Source: Botryllus schlosseri (Eukaryota). Taken from it: a stretch of DNA of 60,000 nt. Shown one piece after another: positions 49,939 through 60,000 of this stretch (the stretch's first letter is position 1; each line of letters starts with the position of its first letter). The notes beneath the pieces were generated by a model. That model searched no databases. It saw only the letters and a list, made by a program, of their open reading frames with translations, and was not told the DNA's origin. The DNA is taken from the NCBI GenBank assembly GCA_051294905.1, contig CM119372.1:36768001-36828000 (forward strand), given 5' to 3'. The translations under genes and the position numbers were made by a program.

Positions 49939-51757
49939 CAGGGGTGGGCAAACTACGGCCCGCGGGCCGCATGCGGCCCGCAACACCGTTTTGTGCGGCC
50001 CGCGAAAGCCTCAACAAACGTTGTAAAAGAAATTGAGAAAATGCGTACAAAAACCAAATTACTGTAGGGAATTGATTAAACTTTTTCTCAATATATTTCA
50101 ACATGGTGATAATAAGTTATATTCTTACCAGGACCGTAACTGCCGCACCCCAAAACCTCCAATGGGAGGCCAAAATTATTTCGTGAATATACTTGAATCA
50201 TAAAGTATTTTTTATAAATTTATGCAACTTCTAAAAAAAATTTCGCGCTGTACGCGATTTGCTGTTGTCGAATAACTTGATTATTGGATACTCTTCCCCC
50301 AACAAAAATACGCATGATTTATCGAAATGGGCACTTCGGCGTCGGCCATTATCACGCCACGACGCACCAAGACATATGAAGTTATAGGCCATGTAATATG
50401 CGACTCCGAGAAGTGTGCCAGAACGATCCCAGCAAGACGACCTTGGCAAAAAAGGACTGCCCTTGTTCTGACCGACAACTTCGAGATATATAGGGCCTAT
50501 GTTCAATTGTTCATGGGCGCCTAAATGGCTGGCGCCGAATGTTCCTGTCCTGGCGATCTGATCACAAGACAAATGTAATGTCGAGGTAAAGGTAACATTG
50601 TTTGCCTGTAAAGAAATACCAATTTGAAAACGTATATTACGTATTTTAGTTTAGTACGTTTGGGCGATTTCAATATCTTTTGACACAACAGATAGGAGGT
50701 CACGAAATAGCATCATGTAACGAAGTCATTATACCAACGTGTAATGTTTATTTATTATTTAGGGGTCCTACCTTTTCCAACACACCTCACACAGCTCTAC
50801 CGGTAAATCTGATTACGTGGGCAGAGAGAGGATAAAAATGATAGCAATATATATGCAATTCTCGATTATATCATAAATTATAGCAATTTTATAGCAATAT
50901 AGCAATTTTTCGCACTTCGCGCATTAAGACGAAGCATTCGAAGCAAGCACTAAAAGGATACTTAATGTACATGATAAGTAGGGGCAAACAGCGTATAGCA
51001 GAAGTTCTGTTTATCACCTTATGTGGGGGTTCAAGACCAACGTTTTGGGGGGCCTAGTGCTGTTACGACCCTGATGCTTATCATAGTATTTTTTTAAATC
51101 CATTGATGGCGCGATAGTCCGACCTTGAGGCCCATGTGTTTTTGCAAGGTTTGAATTGCTCACAGAAAGTGAAATGACTTAATTCGGACCACGACTGTGA
51201 TTTTAGATTGGCAACACGAGCAAGTTTATTACTTTCAGTTCTGTACTTGGAAAAACCGCTTCGCGAGTGTGTTATATAGATTGGTTCTTTGTATGTGGAG
51301 AAGTATTTATATTTATAATATTTATTTTTTGTGAGAAGCGTATTTAAAGGTAACATGAGGGTTGTGATGCTGTCAGCATTGTGTGTCCTGGAGTTGAACC
51401 AAAAGTACAATGAGCATAGCATATCTATGTACAGATCGCTGCGAGCAGACTCAATTTTACATCCAGTTAAGAATCGGGACAACCGACTTTCATCTCTAAA
51501 TTGGACCATGAGGACAACCAGCTTCTAAACTCTCGCCAATGTTTCTAACGCGTATACGCTATCATCAAATCAATGTCTGGTTTCTTTTGAACATACAAAT
51601 ACATATATAATATTTCCATGTCATCGGTCACTATATAGCCTAATCATTTTACAATATTGGATTTGGGCTTATACTATCCCAATTTTATATTGTGCGGCCC
51701 GCGAATGGATTCAAATGTTGAATGAGGCCCGCGAGCTAAAAAGTTTGCCCACCCCTG
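49939..51757 (-). mobile_element. hAT Buster/Charlie-type element with nested MITE
   Basis: TIR CAGGGGTGGGCAAACT / AGTTTGCCCACCCCTG; TSD GGTTAGTA; - strand remnant FSTY..SGFS. Confidence 0.9.
50129..51073 (-). mobile_element. CAGGACCGTAAC-family hAT MITE, opposite orientation to 29309 copy
   Basis: Ends CAGGACCGTAAC / GTTACGACCCTG; internal sequence matches 31400-32190 reversed (shared HITWPITSY.LVRRG..MADAEV translation); TSD ATTCTTAC / ATGCTTAT (6/8). Confidence 0.82.
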
Positions 51758-53423
51758 GGTTAGTAACATGTAACCCACATCGAAACCAAGCGGGATTTCC
51801 ATCCATAAAGATGCGTGGTTATACCATACCAATCCCAGGTAGATTGCAATAAGTCTCTTCTCATTGTACCTATCAATTTGAACTCGGGGGAGTTTCACTT
51901 GTTGAGGTTTTGATATCAAATCATCTTGAAACACGAGAAATCCACTTATAGATGAGCTCAGATTTCCCATATATTACCCACACAGGAACCAACCTTATTT
52001 TCCATCAATGTTATTTGGTTTATTTCATCGAATAATAGAGGCGGTTCCGTATGTAGTAAAGTTTTCTAGCTATTATGCGATCCCTGTTGCTTGCTCGAAC
52101 ATCGAACATTAAAACCCCTACCATGCTTTACTTCGTCAATGTGATTTGAACTATTTAAAATTGTCACACTGAAGTGAACTTAAATTTCCGTTGCTAGAGT
52201 ACTCAATTCCCCACAGCGTGCGTTATAATTTTCTTGCGTAGATCCCATTACCTTTATCCCTTATCTGTATCTATTAATTTTAACACAGGATTAATTTGAC
52301 TCGTAAAATTTATATGATCAAATAACTGGAACATGTTATTTTATCGTCAATGAAGACGGGTCGATTTTTCATACGGCTCCCACATGTGACCGAGTAGTTT
52401 TCCGAAATAGAGATGCTTCTGTTATATTTTCCTACAGCAAGGTTTGTTCATCTATATAGTAAAGTCATATTATAATCGGTTTCCGATTTATTCATTTGCG
52501 ATGATGGTCGCTGGGACATTTCCAAATTGAATTCCATCTCCATATGAATTGAATTCGGGTACTGGTGACGATAAGCGCCTGAGAATCGGGCGGCCTCGGT
52601 TCGACTCCCGTCGGAGGTTTGTCCGGGCTCCTCTTCTTCCGACATGTGACCCGAGAATGACTCGACGAAAGAATGCACTCGCAAGTTATGGAAATCGCTA
52701 GCAAGGGCCGTGGTCTCGAAAATGATCAACATCGAGAGTAACTGTGACGGCGAGCAATCTAAGCCGAGGTAGATGTCAGTCTAAAAGACGGCAACTGCGC
52801 GTCGGTCGGCATCTTCCTATCTGTTCATTACATCGCTTTGTGTCTTATCGCATTGTACATTGTGTGTGTCTTGTTCAGTTGAAAATATAACTTAACGATT
52901 ACACAACAGTGATGACGGCCTCACTCACCCACCGTAAAGGTTATATACTAAGATTGTCGTATTTATTGGTTGGTGGTAGCAGGTATGTACTGTACAGTAT
53001 ACAATGTTAAAGTTGACTAACGTGTAGGGTTTACCTAACATCGCCTTAGCACATGTCTACTTCGAATTCTCGGCCTGCACCGCAGCTGCCACTGCTACAA
53101 GGACCGGGGTCGTAATATTGTCTTCGCTACCAGCTTAGTGGGTTACCCACATGGCTCCCCATAAAATACCTCTGTAATATGGGGCCAAAAAGGTACGGGT
53201 ACCGATTGGTTTCCCCACCTGGTTACTACAATTCATCTCACCTTGATACATTGTGGTACCTAAGTAGGCGTGCTACCTGGGTAGCTGCTAAGCACCATAA
53301 CCCCCAATATATACACATTTAAATGCAACCCTAGTTATAATATGTCGTGTGCGAAAAATCATTTGGCGTGCCGTGAACCATGAAAAATCATCTCGCGTGT
53401 CAATGTAAAGATATAGTAGCTAT

Positions 53424-53640
53424 AAGTGTTCGGATCAAGTCACCATCTTCGCGTCACAAGTCATCTCGAGTCATTGCACATTTTGACTCGATTCGAGTCA
53501 AGTCAATCGATTTTCGAAGGTGATTCGAGTCTAGTCAACTCACTCTATTTTTAAGGCCACCCGAGTCAAATCAAGTCAAGTCACGAGTCAAGTCAGAATT
53601 CAAGTCAAATTGAATATTCGAAGATCGAATGATTATTCAA
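53424..53640 (-). mobile_element. Terminal fragment of GACTCGAGTC-family hAT MITE
   Basis: AAGTGTTCGGATCAAGTCAC.. matches the reverse complement of the 30946 end. Confidence 0.7.
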
Positions 53641-54424
53641 AGTCATTATATTTTGCTGGCTGTTTGAAACACAGATTGATTCGCCATTTATTCTGAATCA
53701 AATAACTAATATAAAGTTAAATGTACATTAAAAAGTCGTACAACTGCTAACAGAATACGCGAGTATCAGTAGCCTATAGCTCCAGGTTGTTACTTATCAG
53801 TCAAAATAGAGGATCGAACCCCTCGAGAAGTTGAAACAGATTGATGATCCAATACCGTGAATGCACTAGGCCAGTGCTCTTCAACCTTTTTCGTCGCGGT
53901 ACACCCTTTTAACATTTTCTCAAAACTCGTACACCCCGACCATATAATACACCGATAACGCAGAAAGTTGCATTTTGATTACATATATAACACGTCCGGA
54001 TTCCAGCGGGGAGTCGCCATCGCCCATGGACAACAAATACTCGTATGAAATTTGATACTGGGAACTTAACACCGCGGAGAGCCCTTGTGGTGTTCTGTGC
54101 CTTCACTTATTTCATGAGATATGCCTTGCGTAAATTTTCTTATTGTAGAAGCGAAACATCCCAGCAGGCTTAAAATATATAATTTATGTACCAAAATCGC
54201 GAGTATAAATGTCAAGAAAAGATACTAGAATTATGTGTGTAGTCGCGCGGAGCATTAAAATTTTGCCCCTTGAATGGATTTCGTCGAAAATGTTGGTAGT
54301 TTCACATATTATTGTCAAAAGTTTATTCATTCTCAGCTCACATGATCAGATTAACCCGTAGAGCTGATGGAGGGGGTCTTCGAAAATATTGGGCACAATA
54401 TTAATGATGATGCATCTTCCGGTT

Positions 54425-54425
54425 C

Positions 54426-54456
<31 letters not shown>
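54425..54456. repeat. (TTA)n microsatellite
   Basis: About 10 TTA units. Confidence 0.95.
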
Positions 54457-54676
54457 GTATAAAAGCATTTAGTGGTGCTTTTCGCATCGAAGGCTTTTTG
54501 CACCACGGCGCTTTAGATATTTTGATCAAAATGATAGCATGAAATGTCGTGAAAATACAAGATGAGTACATAGCTAAATGCGACGCTTTGACTCTCGTAT
54601 GAAGTCCAGTAGATCGGCAATAATGTTGATGTCTGTTAAAAGGTTCTTATTAATCACTTAGTTGCATGTTGTTATT

Positions 54677-56316
54677 CAGGGTTGTAATGACTCGAGTCAC
54701 GAATTTTTGGTGACTCGACTTGACTCGAGTAATTTTCTTGAAAAGGGAAAATGACTCGACGCGACTCGAGTCAATATTTGGATTGACTCGACTTGTACTC
54801 GAGTCATTACGCATGACTCGACCCAAGTCATTGACTCGGCATATTTTATATGACTTGAAGATAAAGAAATTGGCGAATCGTACTGGCTACATCAACGCAT
54901 ATGACGAATTCTGCCGATATCGCTATTTGTCGCCACTGCTTTCGTTGCACTCGTCTGATATCAGATATGCCGCCGTAAAAACAAGAGACAATGGCACATA
55001 TAGTAGCAATGCATTGTACAAAATCATCCTGTGATGAAGAGGTAATAGATCCTCCGCAATCAAAGTACTCGAGACTTTTCGATTATACAAGCAAACAATA
55101 GAAGCAAAGTTTAATTAGAGGCAATGAAATGATCCAGATGGTCAAGTACTTGGAAGAGACTGATAAGCTCGTGTGTAGATTTGAAGGCGATGATTCTTTG
55201 CATTATTGGGCGACCAGAAATGAAGAGTATCCAATGCTCTTCAATGTGGTTCAAAAATGCTTGTAAATTCCTGTATCTAGTGCGCCAGTGTTTCAGTGGA
55301 TGTGGATTTATTCTAAGGCCATGTCGCTATAACATATATGAGTATCTCCTTTCCATTTTTGAATTGTAACTCATCATTTATTTGATCTGCTGTCAGTGAA
55401 AACACACAATACACTCCATCCATTTGACATTTTGTTAGGTAAGTGCATTTGGCACGTGAGTAATAATGAATGGCTAATGTTGCGTGATGTTTGTACAATA
55501 GGGTTGTTCAAAAATAACTTCTTATTTATTTTACTGGATGGCTACTTTATTGTACTGGGTGGTAACTAAAATTGTAATGTTGCATAAAAAGAATACTGAA
55601 TCTGGCTTAATTTTAAAAAGTAGAGTCAATGATATGAGAGGAGAAAATTTTATATTTGAAAATAAAGGGAGTGTTTTTGGTGAGAAATTATTTCATATAA
55701 TATAATTACATGCTAGTAGTAAGCCGACTATTTTTTCATATCCAAAATATTCCACTCTAATAAATTCGCTTTTTCTAGTTGGAATTGAGCCAAATTTGCT
55801 ATGAATCATATTTCTACACAATATAACAATATCATGAGGCGGCCGGTAAAATTCGAAAATCTCTATTTGTAGTTAATCCAAAATTTCCTCTCATATTAGT
55901 AACGCTCCGGCGGCTATTTCGGGAGCTGAGCAGGAAAGCTGACCTTTTTTAGTCAACCACTTGATGATGTGAAAGAAAAACTGCACGTCTACATAAACAT
56001 GCATCTGTTGATTCTCTATCAGATGGTATCTAGACGTGAATTCGTTGGTTCTATATCAGATAGCATGTAGAATGAATTCGTTGATTCTCTATAAGCTAAT
56101 TCAGGATTGAAAACATCAGTTGAACATGACTTCAATACTGTGATTGGACTCGACTCGAGTCATAACACTATGACTCGGACTTGAGCCTCTAAACGGTGAC
56201 TTGGGCTCGGACTCGACTCGGTGATGAATTGAAAATGACTCGACTTGACTCGAGTCAAAACCACAAAAGTAAGATTGACTCGTGACTCGGAACAATGTGA
56301 CTTGGTTACAACCCTG
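54677..56316. mobile_element. hAT MITE with GACTCG arrays
   Basis: TIR CAGGGTTGTAA / TTACAACCCTG; TSD TTGTTATT. Confidence 0.9.
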
Positions 56317-56384
56317 TTGTTATTTCTTGGCCTCCCACCAGGATTGTTTGTATTGTTATTATTAATTATTTCTATAACACATCA

Positions 56385-56855
56385 ATGACAGTGGCGATAA
56401 TCGCATGTTTAGAATTTGTGCGCCACGACTGTGCATTTCTTAATGACATCACAAAATTACGTATCGAAGCTTCGAATGGAGCAGAATTGACCTCGGATCA
56501 ACTCTTTGTACATTCCACAAGCGGGACCATTCAGAAATATCGAGCCACTCTGAAGCATGAAGGGGGTTTGGTCGTTACGTATACTCGCGACGGGATCGAG
56601 CATTATCAACCTCTGAATCCGGCTGACGAATTCGTCATCTATTCGCCCAGCGTAGTTGTTCCTAATCCCGACCTTCCGCTCGTATCGTATATACTACAAG
56701 CCAGTGATCGCTACATCAAACAAAACGGTCAGATCGAACGCAAGAACTCGGATCGCAACGTCGGATGGCAGCAAAGCGGTGTACCTCGAAACATCAACCG
56801 ATCCGGAGGATTTCAGCACGCGAATCGGCGCAATAGCGATCAGCGATATCATTGA
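56385..56855 (+). CDS. Hypothetical 156-aa protein (orphan), adjacent to AGTAGTAG-type terminus
   Basis: Open ATG ORF with protein-like composition, AATAAA at 56872; no family recognised. Confidence 0.4.
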   Translation: MTVAIIACLEFVRHDCAFLNDITKLRIEASNGAELTSDQLFVHSTSGTIQKYRATLKHEGGLVVTYTRDGIEHYQPLNPADEFVIYSPSVVVPNPDLPLVSYILQASDRYIKQNGQIERKNSDRNVGWQQSGVPRNINRSGGFQHANRRNSDQRYH

Positions 56856-57089
56856 TATGCTCTTTTTTCGAAATAAAATCGTACACTATACAATGCTATT
56901 TCAATGAGACCGAGTAAAAGTTAGGAGACATGAAAGGTGCTGAATCGTATGAAATGCGGTGACTACAGGGTTCGAACCTACAACCTAGATCAAGATAGTT
57001 GACTGATTCCTCTGTGATGACGTTATGAAATCTAGTTCAAAGTTTAGTGTATTACACGAGAATTCATATTCTCAAAAACAGCTCAGTAC

Positions 57090-57269
57090 GTATAATCATG
57101 ATGATGTAGCAATGGGTGTTATATGGAGGGATGATGTAACAATAGACGTGGCTGATGACGTAGCAGATGATGTGGCAATGGGCGGATGATGTGGCAATGT
57201 AGGCGTGGTAATTAAGGCGACGTGGCCTTCTGGGATTGGACGGTAACAAACGAATCCCATCCTACTACT
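57090..57269 (-). mobile_element. Second putative Polinton/Maverick-like terminus
   Basis: Ends CTACTACT (5'-AGTAGTAGGATGGG on -) preceded by GATGATGT(G/A)(G/A)CA repeats. Confidence 0.4.
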
Positions 57270-57429
57270 CCCGCTTCGCTAAAAGTATACTTAGCTTTAA
57301 GCAAAAGTTCTGTCAGTGTCCTACTAATTACTGAAGACCCTTTAAGTTATTCCCTAATCTTTTGATAATTTAAATCCATATTGAAGTTTCCTATTTTATA
57401 TTCACTTGCTGCAAATGTGTACTCATGAG

Positions 57430-57589
57430 CAATGTTCCCTCTAATTTTTCACGAGTCTGCTCGCACTCGCGAACTCACTGCGCGGTCTCTTGGAAAACAG
57501 TGCGTAACGACTAAAAAAGGCCATCACTTCGCCGCGGCGACTTTGTCAGCAGTTATCCGCCGCACGCGCGCAGCTTGAAGGGAACATTG
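57430..57589. mobile_element. 160-bp MITE
   Basis: TIR CAATGTTCCCT / AGGGAACATTG; flanks CTCATGAG / CTCACAAG (6/8). Confidence 0.75.
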
Positions 57590-59042
57590 CTCACAAGCAG
57601 CTAAATTCTAGACGAAAAACGACCAGATGTAGGCCTATACATCAATCACTAAAGTTGGGTATCATCAATGACTTCCTGCAGTCACGTTTACTATCATAAC
57701 ATGAGACAGTTTACCAGCAACAGCAGCTTCTACTCCAAAGTGCTACTTTGAAACTCGCAAAGTACACAGACTGCATTAGTGGCCGTAGGCACATTGATAT
57801 AATCGTTTCGTAATAAACCAACTCGACTATATTCTATGTCAGCAGCAGAGACCTTTACCCAGAAAAGAATGAGTAACTTTGGAGCCGTGCTGCAAGTCGA
57901 CAGATACGGAATCATACGAAACAATATCGATCTAGTCTAGTGTATATGAAAATGGTAGCCAAATAACGCAAAGTAGGCCTATACCAAAAAATAATGTAAA
58001 TGACGCTCATCATCCAGCTGAGCATATTCATTCAATCTACTCAATCTGACAAAATATGGCATCTCATTTGACCGCGTGATTCGACGACTTAGTTTCATCA
58101 TGTGAAATTCAAATCAGATTTCATGACCAGTGAAGGCTAGCAATTTTATGTTAGGTATTGCTCATTCAGCTAGTGATTCCCAAATTGTCGTACGCAGGAG
58201 CATCTCAAGTGATACGCGAGTACCTTCATCGAACCTATAAATTTATGTATTTAAAAAATTATTAGATCAATATTTTTAATTTGCTTTGTAGCCACGTAAC
58301 GTTGGGTTTCTGGTCCCAGGTACTGAGAATCTTCGATGAACTAATGACCTATTGGCACAAATAATATAAAATACTTGCTTGCTTCTTATGTTCAACTATG
58401 CCCCGAGGTTAAACTATATCAGACATGCACCGATATATTCACCATTGTACAATCGCATGTTAAGCCAGATCATCCATCATCCCAAAAGTTCACAAAGCTC
58501 ATTTTATAACACCTTGACGAACTTTTATGAACAAATGTAACAAATCCCTGAAAAGAATTGTCACGATACGCGCGTTTCACAGTGTCGCGCGTTGAGAATT
58601 ATCACCTGTTGTCACGATTTCAAAAGATTATCACCGAATCATGCCATCACGTTTTAGAATTTCTGCCAAAGTGGTCTAGTTGCTATTAACTTGTAATCAA
58701 GCTAACATAATGGCTCTCAGCACTTCCAAGTTATCGGCTCCTGTTTCGGTCGATATAACGAGGTGGTACGTAAGCTCAGTAAAAATGTTCAAAATCTTAC
58801 AATTAAGTTTGGAAGTCACTGATTTAGGCTGTATAGGTGTATAGCTTTTCAATCAACGTTATTTCGTGACATGGTCTCAATTGTCCGTTTTGTTATATGC
58901 TTCTCCATCATTTTTTCTAGTTGGCATCACCATACCGTGCATCGCTCTGACATCATTCAGGCGGTGAAGAAAAATTTCCATTCAAGACTCATGATTTACT
59001 GGTTGGATAACACTTTTTTTTTATCGCCAATAAAGTACAATT

Positions 59043-59452
59043 TCAAATAACTTTTTGAATGTCGCCGATCAATCCATCATATAGGCCAACTTCAATCTTT
59101 AAGTCGACGGACATGACGGATTCATGTCGACATATTCCCCAATTTTCGGCGGCGTGAAGCTTTTGAAAAAGCTCTGAATATGGAAACAGACACAATTATT
59201 GTGGATTTGAGTATCGGAGTAAATTGATACCAACCACCAAAGGTGTGCTTTCATGGTGACAGGTGACGAATTGCTTCGTTTTTGCAATAAACTCCTGGGC
59301 GAACCTCCGCTTCTCGTTGTCCCACACAACCTTGACATTTAAAATATGATCAGTAACTGACAATGAAAGGATAGCCGGAGTCCGAATTGGCATACTTAAG
59401 GATACTTACCTCCGAATATTAACATTAGCCGGATCGGCCTCAGACAGATCAT
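59043..59452 (-). CDS. Candidate spliced coding segment of unknown function
   Basis: Exons 59452-59410, 59356-59231, 59173-59043 joined by 53- and 57-nt GT-AG introns, both phase 1, giving a 99-aa frame; no family recognised. Confidence 0.3.
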
Positions 59453-60000
59453 GTAAAAATACTATGGACTTCTATTAATGACGATGTGAATTCAATACGA
59501 CATATACTTCGATATTTTCAGTTAAAATTAGGAAAATTAACTGGAAATGTTCCTACGTGAAATCTCGTCCTTCGCTGGATTATGCTCCGTGAGTTCGCTA
59601 GTGCCATGGAGACATACCCTATGGAACGTTAAGGAAATCGATTGGAAGTGATCGAAATTATCAGCGTTGGTGCTCAAGTAAAAACGTAAGTAAGGTCCTC
59701 AATTTCTACAAAATAACCAGTATAGGTAGAGTTTCCCAAGTGTCCCCCGTGTGAAAGCTATTTATACTTGAACTACAGAAAATTCGAGTAAGTAGTTTGA
59801 CATGAGTGGATTTGGTCGAATTAAACAATTTAACCTGTGGTTGCTACTTTTGGAGTTACAAAATACTGTATAGAATACCTACGCAACCGATGTTATCTTA
59901 CTACTGACAGTACAAATGGCTCCAATATTTGAAAGTATCTTGAGTTACGGTGAGACAGAGTCTTTTTCGACCATTTAGGACAATTTTCGTCACTAACGTG

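Noticed and set aside
52558..52620. tRNA gene (GGTTCGACTCCC B-box)
   Set aside because: No convincing cloverleaf or acceptor stem; more likely a SINE head remnant.
41040..53640. Outward-facing halves of one GACTCGAGTC MITE sharing a TSD (GTAATTAT / GTAGCTAT)
   Set aside because: Only a 6/8 match, explainable by target preference; likely two independent fragments.
56950..57000. Pol III/VA-RNA-like element (GGTTCGAACC) near the second terminus
   Set aside because: Only a palindromic B-box-like 10-mer; no clear A-box or structure.
57730..57924. Signal-peptide-like short ORF
   Set aside because: Ends at a stop with no clear splice donor or recognisable domain.

Overview
Eukaryotic (animal, plausibly tunicate-like; this is an inference from ~55-80 nt introns and the TE complement) genomic window dominated by transposable elements. 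Host genes: an intronless UNC-93-like MFS gene (2354-3805,+) and two convergent halves of SLC5 sodium:solute symporter gene(s). Exons 1-4 lie on - at 39251-36901; the last five exons lie on + at 23749-33759, the first of them split by a hAT insertion; the middle exons are not found. Mobile DNA: an R4/Dong-type RT+RLE retrotransposon with three stacked 3' ends on (TAA)n, cut by the assembly gap at 11401-11500; RNase H-bearing LINE remnants; a decayed P/THAP9 element; tRNA-derived SINEs; and many hAT-derived elements with 8-bp TSDs, including 3- and 4-level nests. The most unusual structure is 11501-21063: a 2.1-kb apparently perfect inverted repeat around a 981-bp spacer, whose left arm stops exactly at the gap, followed by repeat arrays and an AGTAGT-type (Polinton/Maverick-like) terminus. 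It may be a giant copy-back/foldback derivative of a Maverick-like element, or an assembly artefact. A second AGTAGTAG-type terminus with an adjacent orphan ORF lies at 56385-57269.
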